Part shown: in pieces, positions 20,713 through 29,056 of the stretch
Position numbering within the stretch: the first letter of the stretch is position 1
Layout of the letters: each line of letters starts with the position of its first letter
Assembly (NCBI GenBank): GCA_902797435.1
Contig: CADBSV010000055.1
Span: forward strand, 4,478-68,477
Source of the DNA: an uncultured Bacteroidia bacterium
Lineage (GTDB): Bacteria; Bacteroidota; Bacteroidia; Bacteroidales; UBA932
Length of the DNA: 64,000 nucleotides
Direction: 5' to 3'
Notes under the pieces: generated by a model
Told to the model about the DNA's origin: nothing
Databases searched by the model: none
Seen by the model: only the letters and a program-made list of their open reading frames with translations
Translations under genes and position numbers: made by a program

Positions 20713-21813
20713 TTATACGTTGAAGAGGAAGTGCATAATGTCGCCGTCCTGCACCACATATTCTTTTCCTTCGGTGGCAAGTTTACCGGCGGCGCGGCAG
20801 GCGGCTTCGGTCTTGAGCGAAACGAAATCGTCGTATTTGATAACTTCGGCACGTATGAAGCCTTTCTCGAAATCGGTGTGGATGACTCCTGCTGCCTTCG
20901 GAGCCTTGTCCCCTATGTGGATGGTCCAGGCGCGGCATTCGTCCGCACCGGCTGTGAAGAAGGTCTGAAGGCCGAGCAGACGATAGGCTCCCTGGATGAG
21001 GCGTACGACGCCGGATTCCTCAAGGCCGAGATCGTCAAGGAACATCTTCCTTTCTTCAAAGTCTTCTATTTCAGCTATTTCCGCTTCGGTTTTAGCTGCA
21101 ATCACAAGAATTCCGGCATTCTCGTCCTTCACTGCCTTGCGGACAGCTTCGACATAGGCGTTTCCGGTTGCCGCAGAAGCCTCGTCCACATTGCAGACGT
21201 AGAGTACCGGCTTATTGGTAAGAAGGAACAGCCCCTTGGCGATGGCGGCTTCCTCTTCGTTTGCCGTCTCCACGCTCCGGCAGCTCTTTCCTGCCTCCAG
21301 TGCGGCTTTGTAGCGGCTTAGCAGATCCGCAGCCTTCTTCGCATCCTTGTCCCCGGCACGGGCGGCCTTGTCGGCCTTGGCCAGGCGTGCTTCAACGGCT
21401 TCCAGGTCCTTTATCTGAAGCTCAAGGTCCACCACTTCCTTGTCGCGTACAGGGTCCACGTTTCCGTCCACATGCACCACGTTTCCGTCATCGAAACAGC
21501 GCAGGACATGCAGTATGGCATCGCATTCGCGAATGTTCGCAAGAAACTGGTTCCCGAGGCCTTCACCATGGCTTGCTCCGCGGACGAGTCCGGCTATGTC
21601 CACGATGTCCACCGTTGCCGGAATGGTGCGCTGCGGCTTGCATATTTCGCTAAGCACATCCAGCCGGCGGTCGGGCACGTTGGTGCTGCCGAGATTTGGC
21701 TCTATGGTGCAGAACGGGAAATTGGCGGCCTGCGCCTTGCCGGAACTTATACAATTGAAAAGGGTGGATTTGCCTACGTTGGGCAGCCCCACGATACCGC
21801 ATTTGAGGCTCAT
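20713..21813 (-). CDS. ychF: Redox-regulated ATPase YchF
   Basis: [35 protein letters not shown]-terminal TGS domain [11 protein letters not shown]. Confidence 0.97.
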   Translation of the reverse strand: MSLKCGIVGLPNVGKSTLFNCISSGKAQAANFPFCTIEPNLGSTNVPDRRLDVLSEICKPQRTIPATVDIVDIAGLVRGASHGEGLGNQFLANIRECDAILHVLRCFDDGNVVHVDGNVDPVRDKEVVDLELQIKDLEAVEARLAKADKAARAGDKDAKKAADLLSRYKAALEAGKSCRSVETANEEEAAIAKGLFLLTNKPVLYVCNVDEASAATGNAYVEAVRKAVKDENAGILVIAAKTEAEIAEIEDFEERKMFLDDLGLEESGVVRLIQGAYRLLGLQTFFTAGADECRAWTIHIGDKAPKAAGVIHTDFEKGFIRAEVIKYDDFVSLKTEAACRAAGKLATEGKEYVVQDGDIMHFLFNV

Positions 21814-21929
21814 ATCATTCTGTTTAACTCACAAAGATACCACAGTTTTTTCTGTTTTTGCCGAATCTTAAAAAAACATTTTCCGTTTTTTAAAGAAATA
21901 AAAAAATAATCGGACCATCTTTACGCATT

Positions 21930-22862
21930 ATGCTCAAGTTGGTTCTGTTTTGTCTTCTGGCTGCCGGGGGTCCGGAGGCGGCGGAGGGTCGGGACACCCT
22001 TCGCCTTATGTTCTGGAATGTGGAAAACTTTTTTGCGCCCGGGGATTTTTCCGGACGCTCCTGGAGCAAAGGACGGTTCTATACAAAGTGCAACGCGGTG
22101 GCAAAGACCCTTCTTCTTTCCGCAGATACTTTCGGAGGCCTTCCGGACATTGTGGGGTTTGCCGAAGTTGGGGATGCTTCAGTACTTAAGGCCCTTCTGT
22201 ACTCAACCCCTCTGCGAAAACTCGATTACTCCTTTGTCCATTACGATTCACCCGACCGCAGGGGCATCGACTGTGCCCTGCTGTTCCGTCGTGGCAGCCT
22301 CAGGCTCGTGGACTCGGAAGCCTGCCATCTGTACGATTCTTCGGGGCGTGTCTTGCCGACAAGGGACATCCTGCTCTCTGTCTTCGAGATGCGGTGCGGC
22401 CCTTTTGCGGGGGAGGATTCCCTGCCGGAAAAGATGGCTGTACTGGTAAACCACCATCCCTCGAAGGTAGGGGCGGAAAGTGAAGGGCGCCGCCGCATTG
22501 CCATGCAGCGCATGCTCAGCATTGCGGATTCCCTGCGCCGCGAAGGGATACGGAAGATAATCGCTGTCGGGGACTTCAATGATTCCGTCGTTCCTGCAGT
22601 GGGACTTAACAGCCGGCTCCTTAAAAGGAAGCCGTGGGAACCCCCGGGAACCATAAAATTCCAGGGACGGTGGGAGCGGATAGACGGCTGCCCGCTTCTC
22701 GAAGGTCTGCGGGCCGAAGAGCATATCTTCGCCCCGCAGCAGCTGCTCCAGCGGGACAGCTACGGCGGCGAGAAACCTCGCCGCACCTTCTCCGGCCCGC
22801 GCTACCTCGGAGGCGTGAGCGACCATCTGCCCGTTTTTTACCTGCTTGTTGCGGAGAACTGA
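21930..22862 (+). CDS. Exported endonuclease/exonuclease/phosphatase (EEP) family protein
   Basis: WNVENFF, AEV, DSPDRRGID, NHHPS, GDFND, SDHLPV. Confidence 0.85.
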   Translation: MLKLVLFCLLAAGGPEAAEGRDTLRLMFWNVENFFAPGDFSGRSWSKGRFYTKCNAVAKTLLLSADTFGGLPDIVGFAEVGDASVLKALLYSTPLRKLDYSFVHYDSPDRRGIDCALLFRRGSLRLVDSEACHLYDSSGRVLPTRDILLSVFEMRCGPFAGEDSLPEKMAVLVNHHPSKVGAESEGRRRIAMQRMLSIADSLRREGIRKIIAVGDFNDSVVPAVGLNSRLLKRKPWEPPGTIKFQGRWERIDGCPLLEGLRAEEHIFAPQQLLQRDSYGGEKPRRTFSGPRYLGGVSDHLPVFYLLVAEN

Positions 22863-22928
22863 TATTTCTTTTTGCCGGAAAATCGTTATCTTTGGAGATG
22901 AATAACGCAAACTAATATTCATAATACA

Positions 22929-24077
22929 ATGTCAATGCAAACAAAAATCCATTCAAAGTTTACCGAGATCTTCGGAGAAGGCGGCGTACAGTTTGCCTCC
23001 GCAGGACGTATCAACCTCATTGGTGAACATACCGACTACAACGGCGGCTATGTTTTCCCCGGAGCCATCGACAAGGGCATCGTTGCCGAAATCAAGCCAA
23101 ACGGCACCGACACCGTCCGTCTCTACAGCCTGGACTACGATGAACAGACCTCTTTCGGTCTTCGCGAAGAAGACCTCCCCGCACAGCAGTGGGCCCGCTA
23201 TGTTTTCGGCGTATGCCGTGAGACCATCAAGCGCGGCGGAACCGTAAAGGGGTTCGATGCAGTATTTGCCGGCGACGTTCCCCTCGGAGCGGGACTTTCT
23301 TCCTCGGCAGCCCTCGAAAGCTGCTTTGCCTTTGCCCTCAACGACCTCTTCGGAAACGGCATTGACAAATTCGAACTTGCCAAGATAGGCCAGAGCACCG
23401 AACACAATTACTGTGGTGTAAAGTGCGGAATCATGGACCAGTTTGCAAGCGTGTTCGGAAAGGCCGGCAGCCTTATCCGCCTCAACTGCAAAACCCTGGA
23501 ATACAAATATTTCCCATTCAACCCCAAAGGCTACAAGCTGGTTCTTCTCGATTCTTGCGTAAAGCACGAACTGGCATCGAGCGCATATAACAAGCGCAGG
23601 GCTTCCTGCGAGAACGCCGCGGCCGCCATCCGCAGGAACCATCCCGAGGTTGAATTCCTAAGCGACGCAAAGCGCGTATGGCTCGACGAGGTTCGCGAGC
23701 AGATTCCCGAGGAGGATTTCCTCCGTGCAGAATATGTAATCGGCGAAGTACAGCGCGTCCTCGATGTGTGCGACGCCCTCGAACGCGGCGATTACGAGAC
23801 CGTAGGCGAAATGATGTATCAGACCCACTTCGGTCTCTCCAAGCTTTACGAAGTGTCCTGCGAAGAACTTGACTTCCTTAACAAGCTTGCCCGCAGGATG
23901 GATGTTACCGGCTCACGCGTAATGGGCGGAGGCTTCGGAGGATGCACCATCAACCTTGTGAAAGACGAGCTTTACGAAGACTTCATCAAGGCCGCAAAGA
24001 AGGAGTTCGCAGCTAAGTTCGGCCACGAACCAAAGGTTTACGATGTTGTTGTAAGCGACGGAGCCAGAAGGCTTTAA
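22929..24077 (+). CDS. galK: Galactokinase
   Basis: GRINLIGEHTDYN, PLGAGLSSSAA, CGIMDQ, SRVMGGGFGGC. Confidence 0.96.
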   Translation: MSMQTKIHSKFTEIFGEGGVQFASAGRINLIGEHTDYNGGYVFPGAIDKGIVAEIKPNGTDTVRLYSLDYDEQTSFGLREEDLPAQQWARYVFGVCRETIKRGGTVKGFDAVFAGDVPLGAGLSSSAALESCFAFALNDLFGNGIDKFELAKIGQSTEHNYCGVKCGIMDQFASVFGKAGSLIRLNCKTLEYKYFPFNPKGYKLVLLDSCVKHELASSAYNKRRASCENAAAAIRRNHPEVEFLSDAKRVWLDEVREQIPEEDFLRAEYVIGEVQRVLDVCDALERGDYETVGEMMYQTHFGLSKLYEVSCEELDFLNKLARRMDVTGSRVMGGGFGGCTINLVKDELYEDFIKAAKKEFAAKFGHEPKVYDVVVSDGARRL

Positions 24078-24694
24078 CCTATATACCGGGAGAGCCAGGC
24101 GGCGTTTACGCGCACAAGGCCCCTGACAGATAATTCGGAGTTGCGGCGGACTATTCCCGCCGCATCTTCGTATGTGCTGAATCCTGTTCCGATCACCTGC
24201 ATCTCCCCGTTCTCCGGGTAGGTGAGGAGGATTCTGCGGTCGGCTCCGTCCATACGGAAAAACTTAAGGTCGATGGTGGAGTCCTTGCCCAGTTCCTGCC
24301 TTGTCACATATTTGCAGATTTCCATGGCCACGTCGTCCAGTCCGGCATCAGCAATCTTTATCTTCTCCATCATCTCTCCCGGAGTGTCAACAATTCGGGC
24401 GGTATAGTCCTGCAGGCCTTCTTCGGCGGCTATTGTCTTTGCCATCTTCTCCTCCACTTCTGGAATTCCGTCTGTCAGCCAGAGAAGCAGTTTTTGTGCA
24501 GGGTCATGATAGAGCAGGGGGTACTTTACCAGATTGTCAGCTCCGCAGTGCGGACAGCTCCACAGGAAGAGCCTGCCGCTCAGCAGTTCCTCCTTCAGTT
24601 CGGGATTGCTTTCAGTATTTATAATGTTCAGGGAGGGAACTTCTTTCTCCGTCCCGCACCGCCTGCAGCGTGCCATTACAGTTCCATTAGCCAT
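24074..24694 (-). CDS. CpXC-type zinc-ribbon domain protein
   Basis: CRRC...CPHC, LLYHDP, RIV...EKIKI..AGLDD pattern. Confidence 0.75.
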   Translation of the reverse strand: MANGTVMARCRRCGTEKEVPSLNIINTESNPELKEELLSGRLFLWSCPHCGADNLVKYPLLYHDPAQKLLLWLTDGIPEVEEKMAKTIAAEEGLQDYTARIVDTPGEMMEKIKIADAGLDDVAMEICKYVTRQELGKDSTIDLKFFRMDGADRRILLTYPENGEMQVIGTGFSTYEDAAGIVRRNSELSVRGLVRVNAAWLSRYIG

Positions 24695-24842
24695 ATAGCC
24701 ACAAAGATACTGAAAATGTCTGAATAATCAGGGATACAACCCGGCTGGCTCTTTCGGCGTCCCGGGACCGGAAGCCACTAAAAAAAACGGCGCTCAAATT
24801 ATTTATTTTTGTACATTTGCGCCTAAAAAAGAAGCAGTTCAA

Positions 24843-26309
24843 TTGAAAACATCAAAAATCTTCCTCCCGTTGCTTGCAGCTGTCTTCCTGACGCTTCCCT
24901 CCTGCGGCGACAACGGAAAAAAGGCTGCCGATATCAAATCGGAAGCCGACCTGCACGGCCATACCATCACCACCGGAGCGGGTTCGTATTACGATAACAA
25001 GTATTCCGGCATCGAAGGTGTCGAAGCATTTCTTGTCAACACCGAGGCAGATGCCATCCAGGCCCTGAAGAAGGGATTTGCCGACGTCTTCATCATCGAC
25101 GAGGTGATGTTCACCGACGAGATGCTGAAGGATCTCGGTATGCGCAAGGCCTTCATCGGGGAAGAGTCTTTTCCCTGCGCAATGGCCTTTCAGAAGGGGG
25201 ACGGGGAGATTCTGCCGCTTTTCAACGAGTTCCTGTCGGAAATCAAGGCAGACGGAACCCTTGAGGCCATAATAAACTACTGGCTTCATGGCGGAGAGCC
25301 GGTTCCTTACAAGGAAAGGGAAATCATCGATCCCGCACCGATCCGAGCCATCACCAGCATTACCGTGGCGCCGATCAGCTACCTGACTCAAGACGGCTGG
25401 ACAGGGCTTGACCCCGACATTATCAAGCGTTTCGGAAAATGGGCGGGACGCAAGGTGGAGATAAGCGATACTCCGATTTCTTCGGCCATTATGGCTTTGC
25501 AGACAGACCGTGCCGATATTGTATGCGGGTGTCTCTTCCCGACGGAGGAAAGGCGGACCCACATGGACTTCTCATCGCCTTATTATCAGTGTCATCCAGG
25601 CTTCTTCATGCTTGATGGCGGTGGAGAAGCGGCTGCAGGCCAAGGCTTTTTCTCCCGGGCAGGAAAGGCCCTCAGGGATACATTCTTTGTGGATAAGCGC
25701 TGGAAACTCATCACTGACGGCCTTCTCGTAACTCTGGAAATAACCCTTCTTTCCATACTGTTCGGCACAATTCTGGCTGCTCTTTACTGCGCCATGGCGA
25801 GGGGACGCCGCCGCTGGATGCGGTCGGTTGCGGGAGCCTACGATTTCCTTATGCAGGGCATTCCCGTACTGGTGCTGCTCCTGATAATGTTCTATGTGGT
25901 GCTGGCGGACACTGGACTGCCTGCATTGTGGGTGGCCGTGGTGACATTCGCCCTCAACTTTGCTTCTTCTGCAGGAAACGTTTTCGCTTCCTCGATAGGC
26001 TCCATCCCCAGGGGACAGTGGGAGGCCGGCAGCGCGCTCGGTTTTACCCAGTCCCAGACCTTCCGCCTGATAATCTTCCCTCAGGCTCTCAAAAACATCA
26101 TCGGCCCCTATCAGGGGCACTGCATATCACTCCTAAAGGGCTCTTCCATAGTGGGTTATATTGCAGTCCAGGACCTCACTCGCGCAAGCGACCTCCTGCG
26201 CAGCCGCACCTTCGAGGCCTTTATGCCCCTGCTGGCAATAACCGTAATCTATTTTGTCCTCGCCTGGCTGATCAGGCTCCTGCTTAACCTTGCAACCCGT
26301 TCCAAGTGA
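24843..26309 (+). CDS. Polar amino-acid ABC transporter, substrate-binding domain fused to permease
   Basis: Lipoprotein-like signal (LPSC), SBP family 3 segments (TEERRTHMDFSSPYY, KADGTLEAI), permease GIPVLV, GQWEAGSALG, IIFPQA. TTG start. Confidence 0.85.
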   Translation: MKTSKIFLPLLAAVFLTLPSCGDNGKKAADIKSEADLHGHTITTGAGSYYDNKYSGIEGVEAFLVNTEADAIQALKKGFADVFIIDEVMFTDEMLKDLGMRKAFIGEESFPCAMAFQKGDGEILPLFNEFLSEIKADGTLEAIINYWLHGGEPVPYKEREIIDPAPIRAITSITVAPISYLTQDGWTGLDPDIIKRFGKWAGRKVEISDTPISSAIMALQTDRADIVCGCLFPTEERRTHMDFSSPYYQCHPGFFMLDGGGEAAAGQGFFSRAGKALRDTFFVDKRWKLITDGLLVTLEITLLSILFGTILAALYCAMARGRRRWMRSVAGAYDFLMQGIPVLVLLLIMFYVVLADTGLPALWVAVVTFALNFASSAGNVFASSIGSIPRGQWEAGSALGFTQSQTFRLIIFPQALKNIIGPYQGHCISLLKGSSIVGYIAVQDLTRASDLLRSRTFEAFMPLLAITVIYFVLAWLIRLLLNLATRSK

Positions 26310-26310
26310 T

Positions 26311-27390
26311 ATGATAAGCGTAAGACACCTGAGCAAGACCTTCACCGATCCCGACGGCAGCAAAACAACTCCGCTGAAGGACGTGAATTTCGACGTGGCC
26401 CCCGGTGAGGTCATAAGCATAATAGGCCCGTCGGGAACGGGCAAAAGCACCCTTCTGAGGGCCCTCAACATGCTTGAACCTCCTACCGGAGGGGAAATCT
26501 TGTTCGACGGGGAAAACATTCTCGAAAAGGGCTATCCTCTGGCGAAGCTCCGCCGCAAAATGGGAATGGTATTCCAGAACTTCAACCTCTTTCCCAATCT
26601 TACCGTACTGGAGAATGTCTCCTTTGCCCCGATGCGTCTGCTGGGCCTCTCAAAGGAGCAGGCCGGAGCCGAGGCGATGGAACTGCTCCGGAAGGTGGGT
26701 ATGTCGGGAAAGGCCACGGTACTGCCTGAGATGCTCTCGGGCGGACAGAAGCAGCGCGTGGCCATAGCGAGGGCCCTTGCCATGAAACCCGAGGTGATAC
26801 TTTTCGACGAGCCTACCTCGGCTCTGGATCCCACCATGGTAGGGGAGGTGCTGAGCGTCATCCGCCAGCTGGCCAAGGACGGGATGACAATGCTCATCGT
26901 AACCCACGAAATGAAGTTTGCCCGCGATGTCTCCACACGTATCTTCTTCATGAACGAGGGCATACTTTACGAAGACGGAACCCCTGAACAGATATTCGAA
27001 AATCCCCGCCGCAGCGCCACCAAGGCCTTTGTGCAGAGGATACATAAGCAGGTTTTCGAGGTGGATACCGCGGCGGAGGGCTTCGACCCCTATGAGATAG
27101 GAACCGACATGATGCGTTTCTGCATCAAATACGGCATTCCGCAGTACGGAGGGCCCGCTTCGGAGATAGCAAGGGAGATGCTTTCCGGGCCCCTTTCCGC
27201 CTACCGGAACGTGACGCTTCGACTCTCTTACGGAGAGGTGAAAGACGTCGCATCCCTGGATTTCATGATAAGGAACCTTACCTGTTCACCCCTTACGCAG
27301 GACATGGACCTGTCCGGTATAAGGGCGCTTTCAAAGGAGATTGTCGAGGAGCCCACTGCGCTTGGCTTCCGTGTTAAAGTGATACTTTAG
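26311..27390 (+). CDS. Polar amino-acid ABC transporter ATP-binding protein (GlnQ-like) with C-terminal extension
   Basis: GPSGTGKS, LSGGQKQRVAIARAL, FDEPTSALDP, VTHEM. Confidence 0.9.
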   Translation: MISVRHLSKTFTDPDGSKTTPLKDVNFDVAPGEVISIIGPSGTGKSTLLRALNMLEPPTGGEILFDGENILEKGYPLAKLRRKMGMVFQNFNLFPNLTVLENVSFAPMRLLGLSKEQAGAEAMELLRKVGMSGKATVLPEMLSGGQKQRVAIARALAMKPEVILFDEPTSALDPTMVGEVLSVIRQLAKDGMTMLIVTHEMKFARDVSTRIFFMNEGILYEDGTPEQIFENPRRSATKAFVQRIHKQVFEVDTAAEGFDPYEIGTDMMRFCIKYGIPQYGGPASEIAREMLSGPLSAYRNVTLRLSYGEVKDVASLDFMIRNLTCSPLTQDMDLSGIRALSKEIVEEPTALGFRVKVIL

Positions 27391-27426
27391 CAAAAAAGCG
27401 TATATTTGTGTAATAATTATAAAGAA

Positions 27427-28779
27427 ATGAGTACCAAAACCAACCTCTCAAAACTCTGGAAAACCGAAGACTGGCTGGCTTGCTGGCTTGGATTCATCGT
27501 AATCGCAATAGCAATTGTTGCCGTCCTTACAAAGGCTTTCGATTTCTCTGCAGTAAAATTTGCCACCTGGAGCGTAGGTGAAGCGGCCGCTACGAAGGCC
27601 GTGTCTCTGGGCGCACAGCTTGGGAGCGGCGCATTCTGGATAAAGACCCTCCGTACCTTCCTTGTGCTCGGAATCCTTTTCGGCGCCGGCGTAAAGCTTC
27701 AGGGAGAACAGCTTAAAAAGTATCTTCCCGCCTTCTGCGCACTTTTTGTGATTGCCCTCGCAGTTAGGCTCGTGAGTGCCGAATTTACCCTTAACCGCTA
27801 TCTCGAGTGGGCCTTCTGGGCACTTCTCATCGGCCTTCTCATTTCCAATACGGTGGGTGTTCCCGAATGGCTCAAACCCGCAATCCGTACCGAATTTTAC
27901 ATAAAGACCGGCCTGGTTATCATGGGCTTCAGCGTGCTCTTCAGCAACATCGCCAAATTCGGCCTCTATGGTCTCGGCATCGCCTGGATAGTAACTCCCA
28001 TCGTAATCATCTTCATGTGGTGGTTCGGCACCAGGGTGCTTAAGATAGACAACAAGCCGCTGGTAATAACGATGGCCTCCGCCACCAGTGTCTGCGGTAC
28101 GTCTGCGGCAATAGCCACGGGTGCAGCCTCCAAGTGCAAGAAAGACGACCTTTCCATAGCCATCTCCATTTCCATCATCTTCACAATCATCATGATGGTG
28201 TTCGAGCCCATGATTATCAAGGCTTGCGGAATGAACGCCCTGATGGGAGGTTCGCTTATCGGCGGCACTGTTGACAGCACCGGAGCCGTGGTGCTTGCAG
28301 GAAGCGCCCTCGGTCCCGAAGGCGAGCAGGCAGCAGTGCTTGTGAAGAGCATCCAGAACATCCTCATCGGCTTCATCGCTTTCTTCGTGGCAATCTTCTT
28401 TGCTACAAGGGTGGACAAGACCCCGGGTACGAAAGTCGGAGCCGGGGAAATCTGGAACCGTTTCCCCAAGTTCATCATCGGTTTCTTCGTCGCTTCGCTG
28501 GTCGCCTCCTTCGTGATTGCGCCCCTCGCCGGAGCCTCGGAGGTAAAGGCTGTCAACGGTGTACTCGACCAGTACAAGAACTGGTGCTTCGTCCTGGCCT
28601 TCACTTCCATAGGACTCGATACCAATTTCAAGTCTCTTGCAAAGCAGATGCAGGGCGGCAAGGTGCTCTGGCTCTATGTCGTCGGCCAGCTCTTCAACAT
28701 AGCGCTCACCCTGTTTGCAGTGTGGTTCCTGCTCAGCGGAGTGGTCTTCGAAGTTCCGGTTCTGGATCTGTATAAATAG
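27427..28779 (+). CDS. Putative sulfate exporter (PSE/YeiH) family membrane transporter
   Basis: Polytopic membrane protein with TEDW, EFYIKTGLV, SVCGTSAAIA, GGTVDSTGAV, RFPKF, FTSIGL. Confidence 0.85.
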   Translation: MSTKTNLSKLWKTEDWLACWLGFIVIAIAIVAVLTKAFDFSAVKFATWSVGEAAATKAVSLGAQLGSGAFWIKTLRTFLVLGILFGAGVKLQGEQLKKYLPAFCALFVIALAVRLVSAEFTLNRYLEWAFWALLIGLLISNTVGVPEWLKPAIRTEFYIKTGLVIMGFSVLFSNIAKFGLYGLGIAWIVTPIVIIFMWWFGTRVLKIDNKPLVITMASATSVCGTSAAIATGAASKCKKDDLSIAISISIIFTIIMMVFEPMIIKACGMNALMGGSLIGGTVDSTGAVVLAGSALGPEGEQAAVLVKSIQNILIGFIAFFVAIFFATRVDKTPGTKVGAGEIWNRFPKFIIGFFVASLVASFVIAPLAGASEVKAVNGVLDQYKNWCFVLAFTSIGLDTNFKSLAKQMQGGKVLWLYVVGQLFNIALTLFAVWFLLSGVVFEVPVLDLYK

Positions 28780-29054
28780 TGTCCAAAAAGACCATATACA
28801 AAGTGGTGACCATCGCATCGGTGGTCATCATTTTGTGTATGGCGCTCTATATAATGCTGAAAGGCCTCGGGCTCAATCCCGACTACGACTTCGGAGCCGG
28901 AGCCTATTACTATGCCGACGATCCCGCCATCCAGAACCTTGCCGACCGGGAGGCCTTCGTCACAAGCGTCCCCAAATGGGTCCACTACCTGTTCTTCTTC
29001 GCCTGGGGCGCACTGATGTGGGCCCTCTGGAAATGGGTGGACAGGAAGGACTAG
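28779..29054 (+). CDS. Small two-TM hypothetical protein coupled to the YeiH-family transporter
   Basis: GTG start overlaps the upstream TAG; two hydrophobic segments flank GLGLNPDYDFGAGAYYYAD. Confidence 0.7.
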   Translation: MSKKTIYKVVTIASVVIILCMALYIMLKGLGLNPDYDFGAGAYYYADDPAIQNLADREAFVTSVPKWVHYLFFFAWGALMWALWKWVDRKD

Positions 29055-29056
29055 CC

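Noticed and set aside
24746-24788. Imperfect hairpin TGGCT...AGCCA followed by an A-run between the CpXC gene and the ABC operon
   Set aside because: It lies between divergent genes and no U-tract follows the stem on either strand, so it is not a convincing terminator; no riboswitch motif recognised.
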